NCBI GenBank assembly: GCA_041483195.1
Contig: JBGPFC010000003.1
Span: 1 to 64,000, forward strand
Length of the DNA: 64,000 bases
Direction of reading: 5' to 3'
Origin: Candidatus Eiseniibacteriota bacterium
GTDB lineage: Bacteria; Eisenbacteria; RBG-16-71-46
Position numbers and translations under genes: made by a program. The notes under the pieces were generated by a model. The model did no database searches, was not told the DNA's origin, and saw only the letters and a list, made by a program, of their open reading frames with translations. This document shows positions 19,863 through 32,192 of the stretch, piece after piece (positions within the stretch are counted from its first letter, which is position 1; each line of letters starts with the position of its first letter).

Positions 19863-20794
19863 GCGGTCGCCGCCATCGGCACGCGCGCTTCGCGCGCCGG
19901 CATCGCCGCGACCCGCAGCGTGGTCACCACCAGCAGCGCGAGGATCGCGGCCGCGGTCGCGAGGTGCATCGCCGAGAGCCACACCGGCGTGCCGAGCAGC
20001 ACGTTGCACACGCCGAGCGCCACCTGCGCGAGCGTCAGCCCGAACGCCATCGAGCCCCCCGCGCGCACCGCGGCGTCGGGCGCGAGGCGCACCCGGATCG
20101 CGAGCAGCAGCATCATCGCGGTGAGGGCGTAGGCCCCGTATCGGTGGAGCATCTGCAATCCGACGAGTCCCTCAAGCGGCGGGAACAGGCGCCCGTCGCA
20201 CCCCGGCCAGTCGGGGCAGGCGAGCCCCGCGTGGCTGGTGCTCACGATACCGCCGAGCAGCGCCTGGCCATACGCCATCGCGGTCGCGAGCGAGAACGCG
20301 GCCAGCAACCCCGCGGGCCGCGGCGCTGCGGAATCGACTGGCGCCGGATCCGCCTCGGCGCGCGCGAACAGCGTGAGCGTGAGCAGCGTCGCGAACAGGA
20401 GCAGCGCGACCGCGAGGTGGCTGCTCACCACCGCGGGGCTGAGCAGCTTCCACACCGTGAGCGCGCCCAGCAGCACCTGCGCGGCGAGCAGCACGAGCGC
20501 GAGCAACGCGAGCCCGCCCAGCTTCGCGCGCAGCGCGCCGTGGAGCGCGATCCATCCCACCGTGGCGAACAGCATGACGCTCACCAGCAGCGCCACCAGC
20601 CGGTGGAACCACTCGATCAGCACGTTGAATTGAAACGGCGGGATGAGACGGCCCTGGCACAGCGGCCAGTCCGGGCAGGCGAGCCCCGAGCCGGTGGTGC
20701 GCACCACCGAGCCCAGCACGATCAGCCCGAACATGAGCAGCGTGGTCGCGAGCGAGAGTCCGCCGGCGACGCGAAATGGTGAAGCGGAAGCCAT
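19859..20794 (-). CDS. ctaA: Heme A synthase (COX15/CtaA)
   Basis: GSGLACPDWPLC, EWFHR, second CPDWPGC and LHR; about 8 TM helices. Confidence 0.92.
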   Translation of the reverse strand: MASASPFRVAGGLSLATTLLMFGLIVLGSVVRTTGSGLACPDWPLCQGRLIPPFQFNVLIEWFHRLVALLVSVMLFATVGWIALHGALRAKLGGLALLALVLLAAQVLLGALTVWKLLSPAVVSSHLAVALLLFATLLTLTLFARAEADPAPVDSAAPRPAGLLAAFSLATAMAYGQALLGGIVSTSHAGLACPDWPGCDGRLFPPLEGLVGLQMLHRYGAYALTAMMLLLAIRVRLAPDAAVRAGGSMAFGLTLAQVALGVCNVLLGTPVWLSAMHLATAAAILALLVVTTLRVAAMPAREARVPMAATA

Positions 20795-20928
20795 GGCTCT
20801 CCAGGAGTGCGGGACGCTCGGGAAGTGGCCGGTGAAATTTAGGGACGGACCCGGCGCGACGCAAGGATAAAGGTGGCGCGAGCGTGCGGCACGCACGCGT
20901 GCCCTCCACTCCCATCGAGGATCCCCGC

Positions 20929-21393
20929 ATGCCGGAGCCCGTCTATGCCGCACGCGCCGCGCTCGAGAAGCTGGGACACCTGCACCGCCGTGCGCACCTG
21001 CCGCTCGATACGGCGATTGACATGGGCGTGCACGGCCCGATCGCCGAGCTGTTCAGGCTCGCGCCGCCGCGGGCTCTCCCGCTGCCGGTGGACTACATCG
21101 TCGCGGCGACCGGCGGCTGAATGCTCGGCACCCTGATCGCCGCGCTGGAGGTGCGGCAGGTGAAGCTCGATGACGACGCGATCGCGGCGGAAGCGGAAGG
21201 CGTCAACGAGACGCGCGACGGCCTCCCGGTGCTGACCGCGGTGCGCATCCGCTATCGCCCCCGGATCCCGAAGGGATCGCGCGAGACCGTGGACCGCGCG
21301 CTCGCGAGGCACCAGGAGCGCTGTGAGGCCGCGGCTACGCTCCGAGGCGCGGTGGAGGTGAGCTGGTCGGCGGAGATCGAAGAGTCGGGCTAG
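20929..21393 (+). CDS. OsmC-like protein with in-frame UGA (21118-21120), probable selenoprotein
   Basis: ORFs 20884-21120 and 21121-21393 are contiguous in one frame: PVDYIVAATGG*MLGTL matches the OsmC PxxxxxAAxxxC motif; second Cys in HQERC; hairpin downstream of the UGA. Confidence 0.8.
21129..21162 (+). promoter_or_regulatory. Candidate bacterial SECIS element
   Basis: Stem GCCGCGC/GTGCGGC (21139-21157) with loop TGGAG, starting 18 nt after the UGA; outer CACC/GGTG pairing. Confidence 0.5.
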
Positions 21394-21422
21394 CGCGTCG
21401 CGCTCAGGTCCGCGCGCCCCGC

Positions 21423-23309
21423 TCAGGGGCGCGACGGCGCGGCGCCGCTTGGCGCGGGCCGCCGGGCTCGCGAGTGCGGCTGCCAGGCTGGCCCCACTTG
21501 CAAGTCCTGCGTCGTGGCGGGCGCGATACGATCGTCTCCGATCAGGAACAGCGCGTCGCTCGGATTGACCGTGACCTGCGTCACGAGCGAGCCGTCGTTG
21601 GTGACGGGATCCGCGAAGCCCTGGATCTTCTTGAACTCGCGTTCGAGCGGAACGGTGAGCACCTCGTTCGACGGGTTCACGAGCACGATGCCGTTCTGAA
21701 AATCACGCCGGTAGACCGACGTCGCGCCCGCCTGCAGGTGCACGTCGTCGAACCACACGTCTCCCGCGGCGTCCGCGACGAACAGCTCCAGCTCGGCGTC
21801 GCCGGCGGACGGCGGCACCAGCGCCACCGAATAGTGCTTCCACGAGGTCGTGACATCGAGCGTGGCCGAAGTCAGCTCCCCGCCTCCTGGCGACTCCGCG
21901 ACGACGTGGATGCGGTGCGGTCCGCTCGACGCCTTCGCCCAGAACGTCGCGGAATAGATCTGTCCCGCGAGCATGAAGACGGTGCCTTCGCTGTGCACGT
22001 TCACCTCCCACGGCACCGCGCCGGCGGAGGGCACGTGGAGCTTGAGCGAGGCGCTTCCGCTCGCCGAGGTGGAGAGGTCCTGCGTGCGCGTGGCCCCGGG
22101 CTGCGTGTAGTAGAACGTCCAGCCGGTCGTCACGTCGGTCTCGAAGTCCGGATTACTCACCGCGTCGGGCTGCGTGCCCACCCACACCATCTGCCCGTAG
22201 GGGCCGAGCGGTTGCCCGAGCCAGCCGGTGTGCTGAATGGCGGGCGAGGCGGCGCCGGTCGTGAGATCCACGCCGTACTCGTCGAACCACCACATGTGAT
22301 ACGGCAGCGGTCGCGCGCTGCGGTCCGACGGGCCGAACACGCCGTAGCCCTCGCCGAGCGCTGCGCTCGCGAGGCCGAAGCGGGCCTTGCGCCGGTTGTT
22401 CGCGTCGTATGGGTTGCCGCTCGCCGACGCGCTGAACAGGTAGTTGCTGCGCGGCGCGCGGAAGCGGGTGTCGTCCACGAAGTAGCCGCCCGGGTCGCGG
22501 AACATGTTCTGGTACCAGTCGCCGCCGTTCTGGTACGGGAAGTTCTCGCGCATCCATCCGTTGAACGAGGCGTAGTTCGTGCTCTGCGCGCAGTTGCCGA
22601 TCAGCTCGAAGTTGTCGCCGGCGAGGCGGCGCAGGCGATTGCCGAGCGTGTCCACCGCGACGCCCCACGCCGCGTCGAACGCGGAGAGCGACGGGTAGCC
22701 CGCGCGCGCGTAGTCGATGCGCTCTCCCGGCGTCTCCATCCACAGGATGGACTTGCAGTAGACGTCGAGGAAGATCCCGTCCCAGATGCCGGTGCGGACG
22801 ATCGCGTCCTGGAACAGGTCTGCGAGGCCCTCCGCCACGACGTAGTTGCCGCCCGCGTCGCGCTTCGCGAGGTTGATGCGCGAGCCCGGGAAGTAGTTGC
22901 CGGAGGTGTCGTACAGGTAGCCGCCCAGGTCGCGGACCAGGCGGTTCATGCGGGTCGGAAAGTGGATCGTCGAGTCCGGGTTGTTCGCCGGCCAGATGTC
23001 GTGACTCACCACGTAGGCGTAGAGCCTGATGCCCGGGCGCCGCGCGCGAAGCGCCGCGGCCGCATCGGGGCGGTAGGGCGTGATCGGGCTCGCGTCGAGG
23101 ATGACCTCGTGATAGCGCGCCATCGCGTTCAGCGTCGTGTCCTGCAGCACGCCGTTCACGTCCCACAACGGGTATCCGTCTCCGAACATCGAGCCGTAGA
23201 GGCCGAGCCGCGGGTAGTCCTGCGCGTTCGCCGGCTTCGAGCCGCCAACCACGCACAGTACGAGCGCCAGGATTGCAGCACCGCTGGCGAGAACTCGCGT
23301 TGGATTCAA
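21423..23309 (-). CDS. Secreted putative glycoside hydrolase with CBM4/9-like carbohydrate-binding module
   Basis: Signal peptide; WDGIFLD TIM-barrel-like motif; WWFDEY...LGQPLG; VSNPDFE...YSATFWAKA...VWFDDVHL CBM-like; VYRRDFQNGIVLVNPS; start uncertain. Confidence 0.65.
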   Translation of the reverse strand: MNPTRVLASGAAILALVLCVVGGSKPANAQDYPRLGLYGSMFGDGYPLWDVNGVLQDTTLNAMARYHEVILDASPITPYRPDAAAALRARRPGIRLYAYVVSHDIWPANNPDSTIHFPTRMNRLVRDLGGYLYDTSGNYFPGSRINLAKRDAGGNYVVAEGLADLFQDAIVRTGIWDGIFLDVYCKSILWMETPGERIDYARAGYPSLSAFDAAWGVAVDTLGNRLRRLAGDNFELIGNCAQSTNYASFNGWMRENFPYQNGGDWYQNMFRDPGGYFVDDTRFRAPRSNYLFSASASGNPYDANNRRKARFGLASAALGEGYGVFGPSDRSARPLPYHMWWFDEYGVDLTTGAASPAIQHTGWLGQPLGPYGQMVWVGTQPDAVSNPDFETDVTTGWTFYYTQPGATRTQDLSTSASGSASLKLHVPSAGAVPWEVNVHSEGTVFMLAGQIYSATFWAKASSGPHRIHVVAESPGGGELTSATLDVTTSWKHYSVALVPPSAGDAELELFVADAAGDVWFDDVHLQAGATSVYRRDFQNGIVLVNPSNEVLTVPLEREFKKIQGFADPVTNDGSLVTQVTVNPSDALFLIGDDRIAPATTQDLQVGPAWQPHSRARRPAPSGAAPSRP

Positions 23310-23328
23310 GATGGGACCCCGTCCGGCG

Positions 23329-23356
23329 TTATCGGCACGATCGGGGAGCGGCTTGA
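23329..23356 (-). promoter_or_regulatory. sigma28 (FliA/WhiG)-like promoter
   Basis: TCAAG-N15-GCCGATAA upstream of the glycoside hydrolase. Confidence 0.5.
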
Positions 23357-23429
23357 GATCGCGAACAGTCAAGAAACGCGCCTCTGACAGTAGTCGCCCG
23401 CGCGGCCGAGTGCTAGTCTGCCGCGGATC

Positions 23430-24440
23430 ATGATTCCGCACTCACTTCGCGAGGACCGCGATTACTGCCGCGCGGTGCTGCCGCGGGTCTCGCGCACGTT
23501 CGCGATCAGCATCCGGCTGCTCAGCGGCTCGCTCGCCGAGGCGGTGCGCATCGGCTACCTGTTGTGCCGCACCGCGGACGCGCTCGAAGACTCGTGGCCC
23601 GGCAGCGCCGGCGAGCTGCGCGCGCGATTCGAATCGCTGCGCCGCGCGCTGGATGGCGACGGTGCCGCCGCCGAAGACCTCGCGCGCCGCGCCTCCGCGA
23701 TCGCGGACGGCCGCGCCGACCTCCAGCTGGTGGCGCACCTGCCGGTGGTGCTGCGGGCATTCGGATCGCTCCCGGCTCCCGACCGCGAACCGCTGCTCGA
23801 GTGCGCGCGCGTGATGTCCGCCGGCATGTGCCGCTATGCCGCGCGCGCGGCGGAGCGCGCGCCGGGCGCTCCCTACCTCGACACCGAGGCCGAGCTGCAC
23901 GACTACTGCTTCGTGGTGGCGGGCTGCGTGGGGGTGATGCTCACCCGGCTGCTCGGCGTGCGCCACCGCGCGCGCGACGCCGGGATCGAAGCGCTCAGGC
24001 TCGCGCTCGCCCCGACGGTCGGCGAGGCGCTGCAGCTCACGAACGTGCTGCTCGACTGGCCGGTGGACGTGCGCCGCGGGCGGTGCTTCCTGCCGGCGGC
24101 GTGGCTCGCCGAGCACGGTCTCGCGCCGTGCGACCTGGTGGGACGCGAGCGCGACGGGACGCGCGCGCTCGCGAGCCGGCTCGATGCGCTCGCCCGCGGC
24201 GCGCTCGCCCGCGTGCCCGAGTACCTCGCGCTCGTCCCGCGGCGCGCGGTGCGCTACCGGTTGTTCTGCGTGTGGCCGGCGCTGTGGGCGTTGCGCTCGC
24301 TCGATCACGCGCGGCGCGATCCCGAGTTCCCGTGGGGTGAGCGGCGGCCGCGTATCCCGCGCACGGAGCTGTGGGGCACGGCGCTGCGATCGTTCGTCGA
24401 GTCGCCTGCGCCCGCGCTGCGCGGCGCGCGCGATTCCTGA
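23430..24440 (+). CDS. Squalene/phytoene synthase family protein
   Basis: LPRVSRTF, YLLCRTADALED, YCFVVAGCVG and LQLTNVLLDWPVD...GRCFLP. Confidence 0.88.
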   Translation: MIPHSLREDRDYCRAVLPRVSRTFAISIRLLSGSLAEAVRIGYLLCRTADALEDSWPGSAGELRARFESLRRALDGDGAAAEDLARRASAIADGRADLQLVAHLPVVLRAFGSLPAPDREPLLECARVMSAGMCRYAARAAERAPGAPYLDTEAELHDYCFVVAGCVGVMLTRLLGVRHRARDAGIEALRLALAPTVGEALQLTNVLLDWPVDVRRGRCFLPAAWLAEHGLAPCDLVGRERDGTRALASRLDALARGALARVPEYLALVPRRAVRYRLFCVWPALWALRSLDHARRDPEFPWGERRPRIPRTELWGTALRSFVESPAPALRGARDS

Positions 24441-24563
24441 CGCCCGCGCCGATCGCGGCGCGCGCGCGGCGGGGGCTCCCGCGGCCGGGCGCCGCGATCC
24501 GCGATTGCGGGCGGTGACTCGCAGCGCCTAGACTGCGCCGCCGTTCACTCGGAGACCTGTCGC

Positions 24564-27228
<2,665 letters not shown>

Positions 27229-27245
<17 letters not shown>

Positions 27246-28869
27246 CGGCCGGCTCCCGCCTGACCAGCAGCAGCGTGATGTCGTCGCTGCGTGGCTCGTC
27301 TTCGAGGAATTCGTTCACCCGCGCCATGACGTGGTCACGAACGCCCGGGAGTGGCCGGGCCGAGGCCTCGCGCAGGGCGTCGTACAATCGCTGATCGTCG
27401 AAGAACGCATCCCCGCGCTGCGCCTCGGGAATGCCGTCGCTCACGACCGCCAGCAGCGCGCCGGGGCTCAGCTCGACGGTGCGCGCGGTGTACGCGAAGC
27501 TCGGCAGCACGCCGAACGGAATGCCCGTGCTCTCGAGCTGCAGCACCTCGTCGCCCAGCACCAGCGCCATCGCCGGATGCCCGGCGTTCACGTAGCTGAG
27601 CGTGCCGGTCGCCGGGTCGAGCGCGCACACCACGCCGGTCACGAAGCGGATCGAATCGGTGGTGCGGAACAGGATGCCGCCGAGCCGGGTCGCGAGATCG
27701 GCGACGTCGCCGCACACGTCGTACAGGACGCGCGCGGAGGCGAGGAACGACGACATCAGGAGCGCGGCCCCCATCCCCTTGCCGGTCACGTCGCCCACCA
27801 CGAAGATCACCGTGCCGTCCGCGCGCCGGTGGAAATCGTACAGGTCGCCGCCGACCTCGTGGCAGGTCTGGATCAGCGCGTCGAACTCCCAGCCCGGCAC
27901 GCGCGGCGGCGCGGCGGGCAGCAGCCCGCGCTGGATCTCGGTCGCGGTCGCCAGCTCCTGCGCGAGACGCGCGCGCGCCTGATCGGCCTCGAGCAGCCGC
28001 GCGTTCGTGATCTTGATCGCCGCCATGTTCGCGAGCAGCGTGAGCAGCTCGAGCTGCTCGTCGCCGAGCGAGAGCGAGAAGTCCTGGGTGTCCACGTACA
28101 GCACGCCCAGCACGTTCTCGTTGTCGAACAGCGGCACCGCCATCGCGGAGTGCACGGATTGCGCGACGATGCTCTCGCGGCCCTGGAATCGCGGGTCGAG
28201 CGCGGCGTCCGAGGTCATCACCGAGGTGCACTCGTCCATGACCGTCTTCATGATCGCGCGCGAGAGCGCGAGCGGCTGGCTCGCGCGGCCGCCGCGCAGC
28301 CGCGCCGCGACCTGCACCGGCTCGGCGTCGGGCGCCGGGCGCATCAGCACCACGTAGCGCGAGGCGGGCACCGCCTTTTCCACGAACTGCAGCAGCTCGT
28401 CGCAGGTTTCCTTGAGTGGGCGCGGCAGCACCAGCAGCTTGCCCGCCTCGGCGAGCAGGTGAATGATGTGGGCCGAGCCCTCCGCGGTGCGCGAGCGCCG
28501 CTCGAGCACCTGCTCCACGCGGATCTTCTTCGATGAGCCGATCACGGTGGCGTCGCTGAGCGTGACCTCCAACTGCGGCGGACCCTCCGTCACGCGCAGC
28601 TGGATGTGGCCGATCTCGAGGCGGTCGCCCGCCGTGAGCGCGATCGCCTCGCGCGCCTCGACCCCGTTCACCCGCGTGCCGTTGCGGCTGCCGAGATCGC
28701 GGATGAAGTTGCGATCGCCGCGCCGCACGATCTCCGCGTGATCCTTGGAGACGGTGCCGTCGGGAATGTGGATGGAGTTGCGCGAGGAGCGCCCGATGGT
28801 GAACGCCGGCTGATCGAGCGGCCACGACTGCGGCTTGTCGGCGATGGTGCCGGAGATGAAGAGGGTCAT
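27229..28869 (-). CDS. FHA-GAF-SpoIIE (PP2C) protein phosphatase
   Basis: IGR..VSKDHAEI..DLGSRNGT (FHA); GAF; VGGDLYDF, GDVTGKG, NAGHP, SDGIPEA and DDITLL. Confidence 0.92.
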
Positions 28870-28929
28870 GATCGGCCGCCGACGATAGCACAGCGGCGGC
28901 GGGCGGCGAGGGCGCGCCGCGCGCCGCCT

Positions 28930-30222
28930 TCAGCCCAGCTTCTCGGTGGCTCCCGGCTCCGTGGAGCCGCCCTCGCGCGCCGCGGCGCTCGCCGCCTCGC
29001 GCGCGCGGATGTCGCGCAACCGATACGAAACCCAGAGCGCGCCACCGAGCAGGATGATCGCGCACATGCTGGTCGCGATCGGGGCGCCGAAGCGCTGCGC
29101 GACCCCGCCCGAGAGCAGCGCGCCGAGCGGCGCGGTGCCGACGAACATCAGCGTGTAGAGGCTCATGATGCGGCCGCGGTAGCTGTCATCCGTGGTGTGC
29201 TGCAGCAGCATGTTGGTGCTCGCGACGTAGAGGATGAGCCCGAAGCCCGCGAGGAATCCCATCACCAGCGTGAGCGGCATCGCGCGCGACCACGCGAAGC
29301 CAGCCATGCCGATCCCGCCCGCCGCGAGGCCGATCAGCAGGTTGCGCCGCAGGTCCCAGCGGTCGAGCCGCCGCGTCATCCCCACCGCCGAGAGCAGCGA
29401 GCCGACTCCGAACGCGGAGACCATGAGGCCGTAGGCCTGCGGGCCGCCGTGCAGGATGTCGCGGGCGTAGACCGGGAGCAGCACCATGTACTGGAAGCCG
29501 AGGCCGGCGCACACCGCGAGCAGCAGCAGCAGGTTGCGGATCGAGCTCACGCCCCACGCGTAGCGCACGCCGTCCATGAGCGTGGCCGCGGCCGGGCGCG
29601 CGTGCGCGGCGTGCGCCATCGGCGTCATGCGCCACAGGCCGATCAGCACCGCGACGTAGGAGAGCGCGTTGAGCCAGAAGCATCCGCCCTCGCCGATGGT
29701 GGCCACCAGGATGCCCGCGAACGCCGGCCCGATCACGCGCGCGGTGTTGAACGCCGCCGAGTTGAGCGCGATCGCGTTCGAGAGGTCCTCCTTCCCCACC
29801 ATCTCGATCAGGAACGACTGGCGAGCCGGAAGGTCGAACGCGTTGAACATGCCGAACACGAAAGCGAGCGCGAGCACCATCCACGGCCGCACCACCCCGG
29901 TCGTCACCAGCGCCGCGAGCGCCACCGCCTGCAGCAGCGCGCAGGTCTGCGTGATGAGGATGAGCTTGCGCTTGTCCATGCGATCCGCGACCACGCCTGC
30001 CCACAGCGAGAGGAACGTGACCGGCAGGAACTGGAAGAAGCCGAGCATGCCCAGCATGAAGGGCGAAGACGTGAGCCGGTGCATGAGCCAGCCCTGCGCC
30101 ACCGCCTGCATCCAGGTGCCGACCAGCGATATCAGCTGGCCGAGCCAGAACAGGCGGAAGTTGCGATGGCGGAGCGAGCGGAAGCGGGAGGCGAAGGTCT
30201 CGGGGGGCGCCTGCGTGGACAT
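28930..30222 (-). CDS. MFS transporter
   Basis: NFRLFWLGQLISLVGTWMQ, GVVADRMDKRK and DSYRGRIMS; about 12 TM helices. Confidence 0.92.
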   Translation of the reverse strand: MSTQAPPETFASRFRSLRHRNFRLFWLGQLISLVGTWMQAVAQGWLMHRLTSSPFMLGMLGFFQFLPVTFLSLWAGVVADRMDKRKLILITQTCALLQAVALAALVTTGVVRPWMVLALAFVFGMFNAFDLPARQSFLIEMVGKEDLSNAIALNSAAFNTARVIGPAFAGILVATIGEGGCFWLNALSYVAVLIGLWRMTPMAHAAHARPAAATLMDGVRYAWGVSSIRNLLLLLAVCAGLGFQYMVLLPVYARDILHGGPQAYGLMVSAFGVGSLLSAVGMTRRLDRWDLRRNLLIGLAAGGIGMAGFAWSRAMPLTLVMGFLAGFGLILYVASTNMLLQHTTDDSYRGRIMSLYTLMFVGTAPLGALLSGGVAQRFGAPIATSMCAIILLGGALWVSYRLRDIRAREAASAAAREGGSTEPGATEKLG

Positions 30223-30386
30223 TGCGGGCACGCTATCACGCGTGCGGAGGGAGCGTCACGGGCGGGGGCAATGCGATTGGGCAACCGCCGCGATTAACCG
30301 AGCGGCGCGCCAATCACGACCTCGGGCGTGGATCCTCCGATCGCGCTGTCAATTGAACTCCGAGGCAGCAACCTCCGCGTATGCGG

Positions 30387-30734
30387 TCATCCCGGTTTCT
30401 CGGATGAGAGAATTCTCTCCAATTGCGGGATGATGCGCGGCAGGTCCACGGTGAGCACTTGCCAGACGATGTCCAAGTCGACGTCGGCGTATCCGTGAAT
30501 CAAGTGATTGCGCATGCCGACGATCTTCGGCCACTCAATCTGAGCGTGTAGTCGTTGAACGTCCGGCGAAACCTGCCGCGCCGCCTCACCCACCACCTCG
30601 AGCAATCGGAGGATCGCCAGTTGCAGGAGACGACCCTGCTCGAGATCCTGTTGCGACTTGCCCCTCACCAACTCAACGGCCTCGCGCGCCGCCCTGAGCA
30701 TATGGCGCACGCGGTCCGCGTCATTCTTGGGCAT
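30387..30734 (-). CDS. hepT: HepT-like (DUF86/HEPN) RNase toxin
   Basis: LEVVGEAA and WPKIVGMRNHLIHGY (Rx4HxY). Confidence 0.88.
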   Translation of the reverse strand: MPKNDADRVRHMLRAAREAVELVRGKSQQDLEQGRLLQLAILRLLEVVGEAARQVSPDVQRLHAQIEWPKIVGMRNHLIHGYADVDLDIVWQVLTVDLPRIIPQLERILSSEKPG

Positions 30735-31023
30735 AGAGCGTCCGTGCCTCGGCCAGTACCTGATCCCTGAAGTCCCGACCCAAGCTCTTGCGGGTGTTGA
30801 GATCGACGGGACGGCCCAGCAAGTTGCTCATCTCGATCTCGATGCCATAGAAATCCAGCCCTGGAGTCTTTCCCGGCTCGAACTCCACCAACACATCCAC
30901 GTCGCTCTCGGGCCGGAACTTGTCCGACAAGATCGAGCCGATCAGCGAAAGCTTGCGGATATGGTGGCGCCTGCACAGGGCCGCAATCTCGTCCTCGGGC
31001 AGTCGCACTCCGTGAAAGACCAT
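30721..31023 (-). CDS. mntA: MntA-like minimal nucleotidyltransferase antitoxin
   Basis: GSILSDKFRPESDVDVLVEF (GSx10DxD); overlaps hepT. Confidence 0.88.
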   Translation of the reverse strand: MVFHGVRLPEDEIAALCRRHHIRKLSLIGSILSDKFRPESDVDVLVEFEPGKTPGLDFYGIEIEMSNLLGRPVDLNTRKSLGRDFRDQVLAEARTLYAQE

Positions 31024-31131
31024 CGCTTCCCCCTCCCGGGCCGCAGCCGGGGCTCGCTGCATAGCGCGGAGCATCGGCGAGCCCCGCGTCACGGAGTGTG
31101 ACGCACGCATCGCGGATATGGCCTCAGCCTA

Positions 31132-32034
31132 TCACAGCATGAGAGCACTCGATCCCACCCCCACACCCGCCCCCACCCACGCCGCGATCGTCTCCGCGAA
31201 CCACGCCGCGTTCGAGAGCGGGTGCAGGTGTCCCGCGCCGGGCGAGATCGCGAGCCGTGCGTCGTGAATCAGCCTCACCAGCTCGTCCGCCGCGTCGCGC
31301 ACGAACGCGCTCTCGCGCTCGCCGGCCAGCACCAGCGTCGGGCACGCGATGCGCGGCAGATCGGATCGGGCGTCGTGGTCCATCGCGAGCCTCACGCACG
31401 CGGCGGCGAGCGCGAGCGGCACGCGCCGCACCGCGAAGCGCACGAACGCGAGCACGCGATCGTCGCACTGCGGATCGAACACCCAGCCCGATCGCGCGGC
31501 GAGGCCCCGCGCGTACGCGAGCGCGCGGCGCTCGGGCAGGCATCGCAGCGCGGCCAGCGTGAGCAATTGATCGACGTAACGCGATCGCCAGTGCCCGCGC
31601 GGCGTGGTCACGCGCGCGAAAGCGCTCGAGAGGACGAGCGCGCGCACGCGCTCTGGCCGCGCGAGCGCCCGGCGCTGCGCGAGCGCGCCGCCCAGCGAAT
31701 GCCCCACCACGATCGCGGCGCCCGGCGCGAAAGCATCGGCCACGCGATCGAGATCGTCGAGCAGCGCCTCCCAGCGAGGGCGGCGGTCGAAGCGTGCGCG
31801 CAGATCGAACGTCACGACCCGGAAGCGCCGCGCGAGCAGCCGCGCGCATGGGGCGAACACCTCCTTGTATCCCGGCAGCGGCGGCAGCAGCAGCAGCGGC
31901 GGGCCCTCCCCCAACGCCACCACCTCGGTCACGCCGCCCGCAAGCTCGAACGCGCGCGGCGTCCAGCCCTCCAGCCAGGCCGGGTCCGCGTGCCGCCTCC
32001 AGCCTTCGTCGAGATGGACCGCGATGGGGCGCAC
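31132..32034 (-). CDS. Alpha/beta fold hydrolase
   Basis: GHSLG nucleophile elbow, PTLVLAGE and GAGHL. Confidence 0.85.
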   Translation of the reverse strand: MRPIAVHLDEGWRRHADPAWLEGWTPRAFELAGGVTEVVALGEGPPLLLLPPLPGYKEVFAPCARLLARRFRVVTFDLRARFDRRPRWEALLDDLDRVADAFAPGAAIVVGHSLGGALAQRRALARPERVRALVLSSAFARVTTPRGHWRSRYVDQLLTLAALRCLPERRALAYARGLAARSGWVFDPQCDDRVLAFVRFAVRRVPLALAAACVRLAMDHDARSDLPRIACPTLVLAGERESAFVRDAADELVRLIHDARLAISPGAGHLHPLSNAAWFAETIAAWVGAGVGVGSSALML

Positions 32035-32117
32035 GGCGCCATGTTACCCTGCGCGACGCGATGCGGCGCGCACGCATGATGCGGGACTCAGGTCTAGGCC
32101 GCACACAGGAGGCGACG

Positions 32118-32192
32118 ATGCCCAAGCCGCCGTCGTTCCATGCTGCGTTTCGCGCTCGAGCTGCAATTGCGCCCGGTGTGACGCCCGCATGA
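32118..32192 (+). CDS. Possible 24-aa upstream ORF coupled to the GH1 gene
   Basis: AGGAGG then ATG 32118; stop overlaps the GH1 start as ATGA. Confidence 0.3.
   Translation: MPKPPSFHAAFRARAAIAPGVTPA

Noticed and set aside
20884..21393. Two separate small genes or a nonsense pseudogene
   Set aside because: The UGA falls exactly at the conserved catalytic Cys column, both halves look intact and a hairpin follows, so recoding is the better explanation.
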